64,000 nucleotides of DNA, taken from assembly GCF_006345805.1 (NCBI RefSeq), contig NC_043006.1, positions 74,648,001 through 74,712,000 on the forward strand. The letters are read 5' to 3'. Source of the DNA: Octopus sinensis (lineage: Eukaryota). Shown here one piece after another: positions 26,702-40,515 of this stretch. A program made the position numbers and the translations under genes. A model generated the notes under the pieces. That model was not told the origin of the DNA. It worked only from the letters and a program-made list of their open reading frames with translations, and searched no databases. Every line of letters starts with the position of its first letter. Within the stretch, counting starts at the first letter, position 1.

Positions 26702-26714
26702 TATATATATACAT

Positions 26715-26879
26715 AGCTTATAAACAAGGACAAAAGAAAAATTATTTCTATTGACATAGAAATAATTTTTCTTTTCCCTTGTTTATAAGCTCTTTATAAA
26801 ATTTTAACCTTTAAATGTATTTCAATATGCTGCCACTTATGATGAAATTTATTTCTGAAAACAATTTTATCTTATTTTA

Positions 26880-26880
<1 letters not shown>
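26715..26880 (+). mobile_element. Palindrome+tail element in (TA)n, family P2
   Basis: Arms 26715-26751 and 26756-26791, loop tgac, then about 90 bp of unique tail before (TA)n. Confidence 0.7.
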
Positions 26881-26924
<44 letters not shown>

Positions 26925-27480
26925 GGGTAGAGACAAATTTCAAAAGTCGGTGTATATATTCATTCAGACCATTTCAAATTAACGAAATTCTCTACAGTAT
27001 ACAATATACATAGATGCGTTTACATTTATGAGATATGATAAAAATTTTAAAGAGTTTGCAAACTAGAATCAATCAATCAAAAACATATATTCATACGAAG
27101 ATTTATAAATATATAAAAATTCATAAATATATATGAAAATTTACAAACATAAAAATTCGTAAATATATAAACACAGCTGTACTTGTGAAGTCCTAATGTC
27201 CGTATTAGAATCAATGAGGAGGGTAGATAAGAAAGTTAGTATAAAATGATTCATGAGGAATTCTAAATAGATACAAAATCTTACGGCCGTTTCAAGAAGA
27301 TATAGGTCGATATTGGCGAACTAACTCCAGCTATAGCAATTATAGATACAGAGCTAAAATTTTCATAGGCACGGAAACAGACGCATCAATTTATTGTGAT
27401 ATGCTTTTACATCTTCATACGTTAACCTGCATGTATTTTTTTTTCACATATATATATGGGTTTCTGTTTCTGTGTATTCT

Positions 27481-27684
27481 TTTACTCTTTTATTTGACTG
27501 CGGTCATGCTGGAGCACCACCTTTAGTCGATCAAATCGAGCCCTGGACTTATTCTTTGTAAGCCTAGTACTTATTCTATCGGTCTCTCTTGCCAAATTGC
27601 TAATTAGCGGGGACGTAAACACACAAGCATCAGTTGTCAAGCGACGTTGGGGGCACAAACACAGACATCCAAACCTATACATAA

Positions 27685-27741
<57 letters not shown>

Positions 27742-27903
27742 CGACGGGTTTCTTTCAGTTTTCGTCAATCAAATCCACTGACAAATCTTTGGTTGGCCCG
27801 AGGCTATAATAGAAGACACTTACCCAAGGTGCCGCGCAGTTGAACTGAAGCCGGAACCATGTGGTTGGTAAGCAAGCTACTTACCACACAGCCACTCCTG
27901 CGC
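27481..27903 (-). mobile_element. SINE C
   Basis: Complete head and tail with internal (CA)n/(TA)n. Confidence 0.9.
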
Positions 27904-28468
27904 TTGTGTATGTATCAACGATAACACTAAAAATTCTATCCTCTACAAATTAAACCCTTAAGATATTTATTATCAATGCCAGTTCCAGATGCTCCCTTGT
28001 TGCTCTCACTGTCAGAAATGCTGTAACTTGAACTCGTAGGGATCATATTGCAATGGCTCTACTGTTCATCAATTGCCATATATATTTTTAAAAATTTATT
28101 TTATACCATCCTCTTAATTATACAAAAATCTCTTTTATTAAAACAGTTTCTCTGCAGCTTTCAACAGGGATTTGAAACAAAGCATGCACAACGTAGTTGC
28201 CAGTGTCCACTTAACAAAAATCGATCATATCGACGGCGTATTGGGAATCCCTCTTCGAAATCAGACGTGATTCCCTTATTTGTAGAAATTGCCAATGCAA
28301 ATCAAATGATATAGATATTCTCTCTTTTACTCGTTTCAGTCATTTGACTGTGGCCATGCTGGAGCCCCGCCTTTATTTGAGCAAATTGACCCCAGGATTT
28401 CTTCTTTGTAAGCCTAGTACTTATTCTATCGGTCTCTTTTGCCGAATATATATATATATATATATATA

Positions 28469-28668
28469 TTTATTATATAGAAGGAGCTTCTACAGGACTA
28501 GAACTGTTTCATTCAAGAGAAATCATCATGAGCTTCCTGATGATTTCTCTTGAATGAAACAGTTCTAGTCCTGTAGAAGCTCCTTCTATATAATAAATTA
28601 ATTTTACTCTGCTATGTATTGAGTACCTTATTTACTGTGGTTAACCCCGAATCAACCCGGGACCTACA
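28469..28668 (+). mobile_element. Palindrome+tail element in (TA)n, family P3, with degenerate hammerhead
   Basis: Arms 28469-28528 and 28538-28597; CUGAUGA at 28537-28543, GAAAC at 28556-28560; tail 28598-28668. Confidence 0.8.
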
Positions 28669-28695
28669 TATATATATATATTATATATATATATA

Positions 28696-28807
28696 TTGGC
28701 CTGCTCGCTTAGCCAGCGGGGTGGCGTCATTCGAAGGCTAAAACAATGCGAACGCATTGTGACCAGCGATGTGTAACTACATCTGATGGACTGGTCGGTC
28801 ACGTGAT

Positions 28808-28814
<7 letters not shown>
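28696..28814 (+). mobile_element. Unclassified GC-rich repeat fragment ending cacgtgatcacgtga-(TA)n
   Basis: Non-microsatellite insert flanked by (TA)n; resembles a repeat terminus. Confidence 0.45.
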
Positions 28815-28854
<40 letters not shown>

Positions 28855-29004
28855 TACGACAGGCTTCTTTCAGTTTCAGTCTTCCAAATTCTCTCACAAG
28901 GCTTTGGTCGGCCATAGGCGGCTATAGTAGAAGACATTTGCCCAAGGTGCAGTGGGACTGGACCCGGAACCATGTGGTTCATAAGCAAGCTACTTACCAC
29001 AATA

Positions 29005-29630
29005 TATTGGTTTGAAAATTTGGCACAAATCCAGCACATTTAGCAGAGGAGAATAATTGATAACATGGACTCCAGTGCTCATTTTATCAACCCCAGAATG
29101 TTAAAAAGCAAAGTCACGCTTGGTGGAATTTGAACTCAGGATATAAAGAAACAGAAAAATGCTGTTAGCCATCTTTTGCTAACGATTCTTCCAGCTCGTC
29201 TCCTTGTATATATCTTTTACATGTTTCACTCATTAGACTGCGGTCATGCTGGGACACAAACTTTTTTCTACTATAGGTACAACACCTGAAAATTTGAGGA
29301 TGGGAACCAGTCGATTACAAAAACTCCAGTGCTTGACTGGTACTTAATTTATCGTTCCCGAAATGATGACAGGTAAAGTCGACCTCGGCAGAATTTTAAC
29401 TCAGAACATAAAGAGCCGGTAGGAATGTCGTTAATCATTTTGCCCGAAGTACTAAAGGCTCGTTGCCTTATACAAATATCCTGTAACATAAAATCTGTTT
29501 CCGCCGAGGTCGACATTGCCTTTCATCCTTTCGGGGCCCAATAAATTAAGTACCAGTTGCGTACAGGGGTCGATCTAATCGTTTGGTCTCTCCCCCAAAT
29601 TTCGAGCCTTGTTCCTAGAGTAGAAAAGAA
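29005..29630. mobile_element. Cluster of three degenerate SINE A copies (two minus, one plus)
   Basis: Core words gtcgacctcggc / ttccgccgaggtcgac and the agtagaaaagaat tail. Confidence 0.7.
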
Positions 29631-30417
29631 TTATAGTAAATAAAATCTTGATATAAAACTTTCTTCTCGCTTTGCTTTCTGTTTCCTTTTTCTTTTCTGC
29701 AGTTCACTGATATAACATATCACTTAATTTATTTATTTATTTTTGTTAAAATCAAATTTGGTTTCGATTTAATTTTTAATGACAATCAATGATTTGTTAT
29801 TTTTATAATAACATTTATTCAACAAACTTGTCGATAAGATTACAACCGTATGGGAAATGATTCCTGATTGATTTTTCGCACTAAATATTTATTTAGATGT
29901 CTGGTACGGCACCTTGTAATATAGAAGTGAATTAATCAATGAGTGGACGGATGAGTGCTGGAAAATAAGTAATAACAATTCTGAGAAGCGTGTGAAAAAG
30001 AGAAAGTGAATCTGTGTTTGTGTATGTTATGTGTGTATGTAATGTGTGTGTGAGAGAGATAGTGTGTGTGAGAGAGAGGTTGTGAGAGTGTGTGTATGTG
30101 TGTGCGTGAGTGTGTGTGTGAGTGTATGTATGCGTGTATGTTCGTGCCTCAATGGTATACTCTGGGGGAAATAAGGGTTAGGGTAACGAAAGAAAAATAA
30201 AATAAATAGAATGACTTTTGTAACTGAAATATAGAAATCCAGACAAACACAGATAATTGTATAAGCAAGATAAAAATACAGGAAAAAATCAAGAGGCGAT
30301 AAAGCTATGGGGAGAGTTTGAGGAGAGAATGGAGACATAGAAGCGTGAAATATAGAGCGAGAGCAAACTTGAAGGTAAAATTACAATGAAAGACACGAGA
30401 GTGAAGGTTGGGGTAAG

Positions 30418-30630
30418 AAAGAGGTGGCGAGGTGGCAGAATTAACACGCTGAACGAAATGCTAAGCGGTATTTCGCCCATCGCTACATTCTGAGTTCAAA
30501 TTGCGCCGAGGTTGACTTTAACTTTCATCCTTTCGGGATCGATAAATTAAGTACCAGTTGAGTACTGAGGTCGATGTAATAGACTTTCCCCCTCCCCCAT
30601 ATTTCAGGCCCTGTGCCTATTATAGAAAGG
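30418..30630 (+). mobile_element. SINE A
   Basis: Head, core and second tail type. Confidence 0.85.
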
Positions 30631-30766
30631 AAGGAGTAAGAAAGAGTGATGAAGAAAATATTGAGAGAACTACATATTGTGTTGTATCTCAGGAAGATCA
30701 TTTTAACAATAATAAACACACGCACTGGTTCCATTTCATTTCTCATCATCATCATCATCATCATCA

Positions 30767-30806
<40 letters not shown>

Positions 30807-30989
30807 CTCTCCATATATCTTTTTTCTCAAGTTATCATTATTATTGTTGTTGTTATTTACTTTTAATCTGCATGTCTGTTACAATCACTTGCCGAGACAC
30901 ACCCAGTGCCCAAGTGAAAGATAACAAATGTTACAATATGACTGAAAACTTGGGGAGGGCAAGTGGCAGGGACAGTAGTGAAATATTTT

Positions 30990-32085
30990 TATGTAATACA
31001 GCACAAGCATTTAAATTGATAGGGCTTTTCTAAGTATGAGGACTGCACACTCTTTAGGATTTCTCTGAGATACGGTTCTCCTGGGATGTTGTCTAGATGT
31101 TTCTGACATCCCTTTTTTATCATACCTAGGGTACCTACATTAACAGGAACCGTTCTTGCTTTAAGATGCCACATCTTTTGTATTTCAATTTCCAAGTCCT
31201 TTTATTTACTTAATTTGTGAAATTCCTTTACAGATATATTTTCATCAGTGGGAACACTTACATCTATTTATCTACAGGTATTTTCTCCCTAGTCTTTAAT
31301 AATTATGTCTGGTCGATTAACCTGGATAGTTCTGACGGTGTTGACTGGGAAATCCCAGAGGAGAGTGATATCTTTACCTTCAACGAATAGCTCGGTATGA
31401 TGTTCATACAAGTAAGCAAGAGTGTCGATTTTGTAGTGCTTACTTGTTTTTCAATGTAAATACTGTGCTACCCTAGCAAGGTGATTGGTCTGGTGTCAGC
31501 ATAGGACATCTCGAAACGAGATGGTCTATTGTTTCGTCAAATGTGTCGCAGAATCTGCATTTAGGGTCTGAACCGTTTTGAAGAACGTTAGCCCGGTAGT
31601 TTCTGGTAAGCAAGCTTTGATCTTATGCCACCAATATGAAACCTTCGATCTCTGCTTTCAGTCCTTAACTTCTCAGTCACTGATGGGTTGTTGCTTGATC
31701 TACATCACCATTTCGACTTCAAAAAATATACTGTCCATGCAGAAGCTTCAGGCTCCACCTCTCCTGACATTGTTTTTGCCCGTTCCTTTTTTGCAGTCTG
31801 CTTGATCCGTTTTGCTTGTTTGATGGCAGTAGTTTCAGGTTCTTCACCTAATTCACGGTTAATGGCAAGTTCCCTTGGCGATAGAATGTCAATTAAATAC
31901 CGATGCTACCAACAAGGATCTTGACCGCAGCATCTAGTCATCTGTACTAGATAAGTACTTGTTCATTGCTATTGTGGAGGCTTTATAGCACATTTTTAAC
32001 TGCATCACACCTCCTCCGCCATTACTTCTAGGTAGGTACTGACGATCAACGTCTGCTTTTGGGTGGTGAATGTTCTTAAATGTTA
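30990..32085 (-). mobile_element. Decayed R4/Dong-like ORF C-terminal half (CCHC knuckle + endonuclease)
   Basis: HHPKADVDRQYLPR; CRFC...ETIDHLVSRC; LLWDFPVN; NRPDIIIKD; KMWHLKARTVPVNVGTLGMIKK. Confidence 0.88.
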
Positions 32086-32154
32086 ATAGTTAATGATGCT
32101 AAAACTATATTGAACAACTACAAGTGCCAAGGTGTTAATGGTTGTTATTATTAA

Positions 32155-32370
32155 GGCAGTGAACTGGCAGAAACGTTAAGCACGTTAAGCAAAAAGCTTA
32201 GTAGTATTTCGCACGCCGCTACGTTCTGAGTTCAATTTTCGCCGAGGTCGACTTTGCCTTTCATCCTTTCGGGGTCGATAAATTAAGTACCAGTGAAACA
32301 CTGGGGCCGATGTAATCGACTTGCCCCTCCCCACAAAATTCAGGACTCGTGCCTATAGCAGAAAGGATTA
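32155..32370 (+). mobile_element. SINE A
   Basis: Head, core and second tail type. Confidence 0.85.
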
Positions 32371-32464
32371 TTATTATTATTATAATTATTATTATTATTA
32401 TTATTATTAGTAGTAGTAGTAGTAGTAGTAGTAGTAGATCGCAGATATTCTCCAAATATATCGC

Positions 32465-32600
32465 AGATATTCTCCAGTCGTGTGTCGAAAATCATTTGCA
32501 TCAACGTGGTTATGTCAGCGAGGTCGATGTTTGGGCCGCACATCAAATGAATGAAGTTAACTTCGCCCAACGATTTGCTATCTATTATTCTAACTTTGTG
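32465..32600 (+). mobile_element. Mariner transposase relic
   Basis: VENHLHQRGYVSEVDVWAAHQMNEVN resembles the region around the mariner WVPHEL motif. Confidence 0.6.
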
Positions 32601-32602
32601 TA

Positions 32603-32938
32603 GCTGCATGGCCCAGTGGTTAAAGCGTCGAGCTCACGATCGTGAGGTTGTGAGTTCGAATCTCGGACCAGGCTGCGTGTTGTGTTCTTGAGCAAGAAAC
32701 TTTATTTCATGTTGTTCCAGTTCACTCAGCTGTAGAAATTAATTGCAACGTCACTGGTGCCAAGATGTATCGGCCTTTGCCTTTCCCTTGGATAACACTG
32801 GTGGCGGGGAGAAGGGAGGCCGGTATGCATGGGCGACTGCTGGTCTTCCATGAACAACTTTGCCCGGACTTGTGCCTGGGGCGGGGATAACTTTCTAGGT
32901 GCAATCCCATTGTCAGTCATGACCGTTGGGGGTCTCCG
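32603..32938 (+). mobile_element. SINE with head E and tail T3
   Basis: tRNA-like tggcccagtgg...gagttcgaatc; core gtgttcttgagcaag...ccagttcactcagctg. Confidence 0.8.
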
Positions 32939-32987
32939 CAATTCTAAATTTATTTATTTATTTGCTTATTAAATAATGATAAACATA

Positions 32988-33220
32988 GGCGTAGAAGTGG
33001 CTGTGTGGTAAGTAGCTTGGTAAGTAGCTTGCTTACGAAGCACATGGTTCCAGGTTCAGTCCCACTGTGTGGCACCTTGGGCAAGTGTGTTCTACTATAG
33101 CCTCGGGCCAACCAAAGCCTTGTGAGTGGATTTGGTAGACGGAAACCGAAAGAAGCCTGTCGTACATATATGTATATATATATATATGTGTGTGTGTGTA
33201 TGTGTGTGTATGTATATATG

Positions 33221-33254
<34 letters not shown>

Positions 33255-33500
33255 TGTATGTATGTATGTATGTATGTGTATATGTGTGTCTGTGTTTGTC
33301 CCCCCCCCCCACATCGCTTGACAACCGATGCTGGTGTGTTTACGACCCGTATCTTGGTGGTTCGGCAAAGGAGACTGACAGAATAAGTGCTAGGCTTACA
33401 AAGAGTGGGTCCTGGGGTCGGTTTGCTCGACTAAAGGCGGTGCTCTAGTATGGCCACAGTCAAATGACTGAAACAAATAAAAGAGTAAAAGAGTAAAGAG
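32988..33500 (+). mobile_element. SINE C
   Basis: Complete, with internal (TG)/(TATG)n. Confidence 0.9.
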
Positions 33501-34519
33501 TATACTAGTAAAAGTATTCCCTGGTATACATAATGACCGGCTGTTACGGATCGAACTCGATTTGACTGTGAGTGTTCTTGAACAAAACTAATCCTGTGTC
33601 AAAACAATAAGTACGAAAATGGCAGAAAAACACGAGAGAAAGAAAAATAACGACACAACTTACAATGAGTTACGTGTAAAAATATCATGCGAGAAAAATA
33701 TTAAATTCCAAACGTATTATGACAATAGCATTTTTCTTCTGTATTTTTTGTTGCTGCTTTTAATGTTATTGACTACTGAGAAATTTTTAAATAGCTACCA
33801 GTTAACACATTTTTGATTGTTGTTGCTTTTTTGTCGAAAATTAGTTTTTATCGTGATTTGTTTGTTTTCGAATTTGTTTGTTTTAGAATTTTTATTTGTA
33901 TTATAACTAAACATATTCTGCATATTAAGCTATTCTTTCATACTAGATATTTAATTATATTAAAAGTATGATTGTTATGTTTGATAAATGAATTGTTTTA
34001 CTTAAAACAAGATATATATATTTTTTTCTACCATTCATACGGATGTTTTATTTGAAAATTGTTTACGTTAGTTTATTATTATCTTTGTATGTTTGTTTTC
34101 TATGGGTGTGTGATACTGTTATTCGAGGTGATACCTCTAAGTGATATCATCTCTTTGCAATATCGTTTATTGTTTTTTGATGAATATTATGAATTATTCA
34201 TCTGTTCATCTAAATACAGACATAGTTTAAAATAGCAACTAAATCATCTAATCTAACAAAGATATTTCTGTGGATTCATACTCAATACTCACGTTCGTAC
34301 CTTAGGCAAGCGTTTATATCAGAGCCAACAGCTCGATCCAAGCCTTTTGAGTGACATTAGGAAGACGAAAGCTTTATAGAAACAAATCGAATGGTTAGCA
34401 CAAGTTACGTTTTTCTTCCCCTTCTTTTATTTTTTCTATTGGTTTCATCCGAAGTAATGGATGTATCCATTGCTTCACAAGTTATTCAAAATTGATGGGA
34501 ACGGCGTGTTTAAAGTACC

Positions 34520-34753
34520 TATTTCTTTATTACCCACAAGGGGCTAAACATAGAGGACAAACAAGGACAGATATAGGTATTAAGTCGATTACATCGACCC
34601 CAGTGCGTAACTGGTACTTAATTTATCGACCCCGAAAGGATGAAAGGCAAAGTCGACCTCGGCGAAAATTGAACTCAGAACGTAGCGGCAGACGAAATAC
34701 CGCTAAGCATTTCGCCCGGCGTGCTAACGTTTCTGCCAGCTCGCCGCCTTAAA
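34520..34753 (-). mobile_element. SINE A with 14-bp TSD
   Basis: TSD gtgtttaaagtacc at 34506-34519 and 34754-34767. Confidence 0.93.
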
Positions 34754-35175
34754 GTGTTTAAAGTACCGCACAGGTATACATGCGTGCAAGGAGGGAATTA
34801 CAAAAGGGCCAACACCATGGAGGAAGGATCAGGCGTAGGGATTAAAGTGGATTTAGCAGGCGAGTACTGAACATAAATGACACAAGCAGGGAATGCAATG
34901 TGTCCAGACTAATTGAGAAGAGCAACAGGAAAAACAATTATTTTAACTTCTGCTTCACAGAGGTTGGCATTATTGAGCTATTCTGTCACTCAATTTGAAC
35001 GTTACCATCCGGTCCTTGAGTAGCTACAGAAGACTTCATGTTGTTGCAAACATGGCAGCCAGGTCCCCAAGATGAGTACAACATATAAGTTGTGCAACGT
35101 TCCTCTATACTCCCACAAATGTTGGACGTACGACAAAAGATCATGAAACTACTTCCATCAAGCCATTACATTTCT

Positions 35176-35392
35176 CTATTGGTTTAAAATTTTGTCACAA
35201 GGCCAGCAATTTTTGGGGAGGTGGGTAAGTCGATTACATCAATTCAGTGCGAAACTGGTTTATTTTATCGATACTGAAAGGATGAAAGGCAAAGTCGACC
35301 ACGGTGGAATTTGAACTCAGAACATAAAGACGGACAAAATGCCACTAAGCATTTTGTCCGGCATGCAAACGATTCTGCATGCTCGCCATCTT
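35176..35392 (-). mobile_element. SINE A (second tail type) with 13-bp TSD
   Basis: TSD ccattacatttct at 35163-35175 and 35393-35405. Confidence 0.88.
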
Positions 35393-35528
35393 CCATTACA
35401 TTTCTATATTACACACGTGGTGTGCACTGACAGACACTTATTGCAAGAGAGATAATCATTGCTAGATAAATCTTGGCGGGATTAGAAATCCGAATATTAC
35501 ATCGAAGATTCTATACATAGTGTATACA

Positions 35529-35594
<66 letters not shown>

Positions 35595-35746
35595 TTATAT
35601 ATATATATATGTATACATCTATGTATATGTGGGTATATAGTTGTGTGTATATATATTGTGTTGCACACACACACCACCACCACGACATATATGTATATAT
35701 TGGAGGTGGATGTCCATTGGAACTGTTTCAGTTGCTATATTTTCTA

Positions 35747-36140
35747 GGCGTAGGAGTGGTTGTGTGGTAAGTAGCTTACTTGCGAACCACATGGTTCCGG
35801 GTTCAGACCTACTGCGTGGCACCTCGGGCAAGTGTCTTCTACTATAGCCAAAGGCTTGTGAGTGGATTTAGTAGACGGAAACTGAAAGAAGCCCGTCGTA
35901 TATATCTATATGTGTGTGTTTGTGTGTGTGAGTGTGTTTATGTGCCTGTGTTTGTCCCCCCCAACATCGCTTGACAACCGATGCTAGTGTGTTTACCTCC
36001 CCGTTACCTAGCGGTTCGACAAAAGAGACCGATAGAATAAGTACTAGGCTTACAAAGAATAAGTCCTGAGGTCGATTTGCTCGACTAAAGGCGGTGCCCC
36101 AGCATGGCCACAGTCAAATGACTGAAACAAGTAAAAGAGT
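35747..36140 (+). mobile_element. SINE C
   Basis: Complete head and tail. Confidence 0.9.
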
Positions 36141-36489
36141 ACTGATTACAAAGATCTTAAAATACCTAATCATAGTTAATCTTATATAAGTAATCGTGTG
36201 TTAATAATATATATTAGTCTTTCAATTGTTTATTTAACAGTTAAGAAGCTAAACCTCAAATGAATTCAAATTTTCATTAAAACTCTAATTACACTGTCTG
36301 ATGGAAACATTAACATTTAATATTTTATGGTTTCGTTAATCCAATTCTCAGCAGTAACAGTGGAGATGTCCACTTATAATTATCACTCTTAAAATATTAT
36401 AACAGCCCTTTCTTGTGATTCTCATATGAGATGAAGTGAGATCGAAATAAAGAACTCTCTGACAGTTGGATTTTATAAATTACATTATA

Positions 36490-37088
36490 TATTTATTTAT
36501 TGCCCACAGGGGGCTAAACACAGACAGGACAAACAAGGACAGACAAACGGATTAAGTCGATTATATCTACCCCAGTACGTAACTGGTACTTATTTAATCG
36601 ACCCCGAATGGATGAAAGGGTAAGTCGACCTCGGCGGAATTTGAACTCAGAACGTAACCGCAGACGAAATACCTATTTCTTTACTGCCCACAAGAGGCTA
36701 AACGACGAGAGAACAAACAAGGACAGACAGACGGATTAAGTCGATTATATCTACCCCAGTACGTAACTGGTACTTATTTAATCGACCCCGAATGGATGAA
36801 AGGGTAAGTCGACCTCGGCGGAATTTGAACTCAGAACGTAACCGCAGACGAAATACCTATTTCTTTACTGCCCACAAGAGGCTAAACGACGAGAGAACAA
36901 ACAAGGACAGACAGACGGATTTAGTCGATTATATCGACCCCAGTGCGTAAGTAGTACTTAATTTATCGACCCCGAAAGGGATGAAGGTAAAGTCGACCTC
37001 GGCGGAATTTGAACTCTGAACGTAACCGCAAACGAAATACCGCTAGGCATTTCGCCCGGAGTGCTAACGTTTCTGCCAGCTCGCCGCC
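36490..37088 (-). mobile_element. SINE A trimer with 22-24-bp TSD
   Basis: TSD ttggattttataaattacattata at 36466-36489 and 37089-37112. Confidence 0.93.
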
Positions 37089-37638
37089 TTGGATTTTATA
37101 AATTACATTATAAATGAGAGAAAATTCTGCGAGAGCCAAACGTATTTATGTTTAATATTGTAAACACTTGCCCAGAGTATTCCCCCTCATCCATACTGTT
37201 GATATTAATAATCTGTTACATTACATACTGATTATATATAATAGGTATATACACAAAATGGCGTCTTGGACAAATGCCATTTGCCATAGACTTCAGTTGA
37301 TTGTACGTGTACTTCAAAAATTTCTTTAAAATCAAGTACAGAAAATTCAGAAAATATAGCAACTGAAAGCGCTCCAACGGAAATCCACTTCCAAAATATA
37401 CATATTACATATATGTGGTGGTGGTGGTGTGTGTGTGTGTGTGTGTAACACAATATATATACACACAACTATACAGCCACATACAAACAGATGTATATAA
37501 ATATACATATATATGTACATATGTACATATATATATGTGTGTGTGTATATATGCATACATACATATGTAGATAAGCCACAAAATATTATAAACAAACGTA
37601 TACCTATATATGTGTATGTGCCTATGTATATTATACAC

Positions 37639-37675
<37 letters not shown>

Positions 37676-37714
37676 ATTTATATATATATTTATATATATA
37701 TAAGCTGTGTGATG

Positions 37715-37753
<39 letters not shown>

Positions 37754-37931
37754 CAATTTTTTGTAATTGTAGTTCTTAATCTCTACTTGTCTCCGGATGT
37801 AAGATCGTTTACAGGACTTGTTTACTTTCTCTATTGGCATTTCTGTTTCTAAGTACCATTGTCTTTTAATTCTTTTGGATCAAAGTCAGGAGTAAGCACG
37901 AACGTATATTATGAGAAGTTCGTACATATAC

Positions 37932-37964
<33 letters not shown>

Positions 37965-38093
37965 AATACTCACGCACACACACATGCTAACATATATATA
38001 TATATATACAAACACATAAATACACAAAAATGAGTTTATATGTATTCACTTACATATATACGCTCACACGCTCGTACATACAAACAAACATAT

Positions 38094-39088
38094 TGTTACG
38101 GAATCACCCGTTGTCGCTCGCCCGAACGGCACAATCTCGGCACGGAACCCAAAGAGAGGAGGAGAGGAGAGATACAACAACAACCACAACCGCAGCAGCA
38201 CAGAGATACAGAGGCACAACCCAGAGAGACACCCAAAAGAGGCACAGAGGCAACAGAGACACTGGCTTATATTTAACAACAGTTTATACGACAATCAATG
38301 GTTACAACATCAAATACATTTAAGGCAGACAGTTAAAGGAAGACATGCACGTGACTACTCAATACATCATACAACAGATCAAAGCATAATACAACAGCAA
38401 TTCAAGAGTACAATTCAAAGTTCACGTCCGAAGACAACAGTTCTTTAAAGTCTCTTTCTAAACATCACAGATAAAGTCACATCAACAAGTCCTTTACTCA
38501 ATTCTGAACATAAATACCACAACTCGATAATCGACATATCGACAAGTCCTTGACTGTTCTTTCCACTGTTCAATACATCGTGACACGTATCAATGCACAA
38601 ACACATACCTCAATTCCTAATTGAATCGCCAGTGTCCCATTCCTCTCAATACTGCTAAATCCTCTGTACATATCCCTTCTGTGCCGCCAAGCTTTCTCGC
38701 ATCCCAGCTTGCTCGCCAAGATTCCAACGCTTCTAAGATTCCATCTACCGGCCAGCGACTCCAAGATCCGTCTGTGTTCCTCGACGACCGCTCAACGACT
38801 CCAAGACCTCACTTCGTCTCTGTCCTCGCTTCCACTCCCTCATCTCCCTCTTATAGCCTTTCTATTTGCTATCTCATTCCTTACTCTATCTCTATTTGCT
38901 CTCAGCCCTTAATCTGTCCTCCTCTCTCACATTCTCCTGACCCTTTTCTCAACCGCACGAGGTCACAGGTCCTTCCAAAACTCATCAGTCTCCCACTAAA
39001 CAAAGAACCTGTCAGTTCCTTTACCAGACATGCCGGCGCCACACCCACGATGTGGGTCAGAAATACTGCACTAGTTAAACCCGTAACA
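38094..39088. mobile_element. Solo LTR (995 bp), Gypsy-like by TSD length
   Basis: TGTTACGG...CCGTAACA perfect 8-bp terminal inverted repeat; 4-bp TSD atat at 38090-38093 and 39089-39092. Confidence 0.82.
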
Positions 39089-39217
39089 ATATATACAAAA
39101 ATCAAAATCATAATAGATAGACAGACAGACAGACAGACAAACAGAAGGAAAGATAGATATATAGATAGATAAATAGATAGCTAGCTAGCTAGCTAGCTAG
39201 CTAGCTAGCTAGCTAGC

Positions 39218-40123
<906 letters not shown>

Positions 40124-40199
40124 GATAGATAGATAGCCAAACAGACAGACAGACAGACAGACAGACTGATAGATAGATATTCTATCTTTCTTTTATTTT

Positions 40200-40515
40200 T
40201 TATTTATTTCAATCATTTGTCTGCGGCCATACTGAAGCACCGCCTGGAAGATCATTTAGCCAGGTACTTATTCTATCGTATTTCATTTCTCGAACCGCTA
40301 GGTTACATTTACGTTAATATCCAAACATCAACTGTCAAGCGATGGGCGGAAAAGACATAGACAACGCGCACGCACACACACACATACACATTTTACAGGC
40401 TTCTCTCAGTTTCCATCTAACAAATCCTCTCGCAAGACTTTGATCGGCCCGGGGCTATAGTAGATGATATATGCTCTTAGATGTACCGCAGTGGAACTGT
40501 GGCTGAGATGCAAAC
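40200..40515 (-). mobile_element. Degenerate SINE C
   Basis: Head and tail similarity to family C. Confidence 0.7.

Larger units (their letters stand above)
28323..29000 (-). mobile_element. SINE C split by insertions (3' part 28323-28446, 5' part 28857-29000)
   Basis: Both halves match family C. Confidence 0.75.

Noticed and set aside
27275-27375. Minus-strand GAAAC-GGCC-GUA with palindromic stem III
   Set aside because: The upstream core is incomplete (CUAUGA) and stems I and II do not pair.
38621-39172. 183-aa S/P-rich ORF
   Set aside because: It lies inside the solo LTR and runs into a microsatellite; no domain is recognisable.
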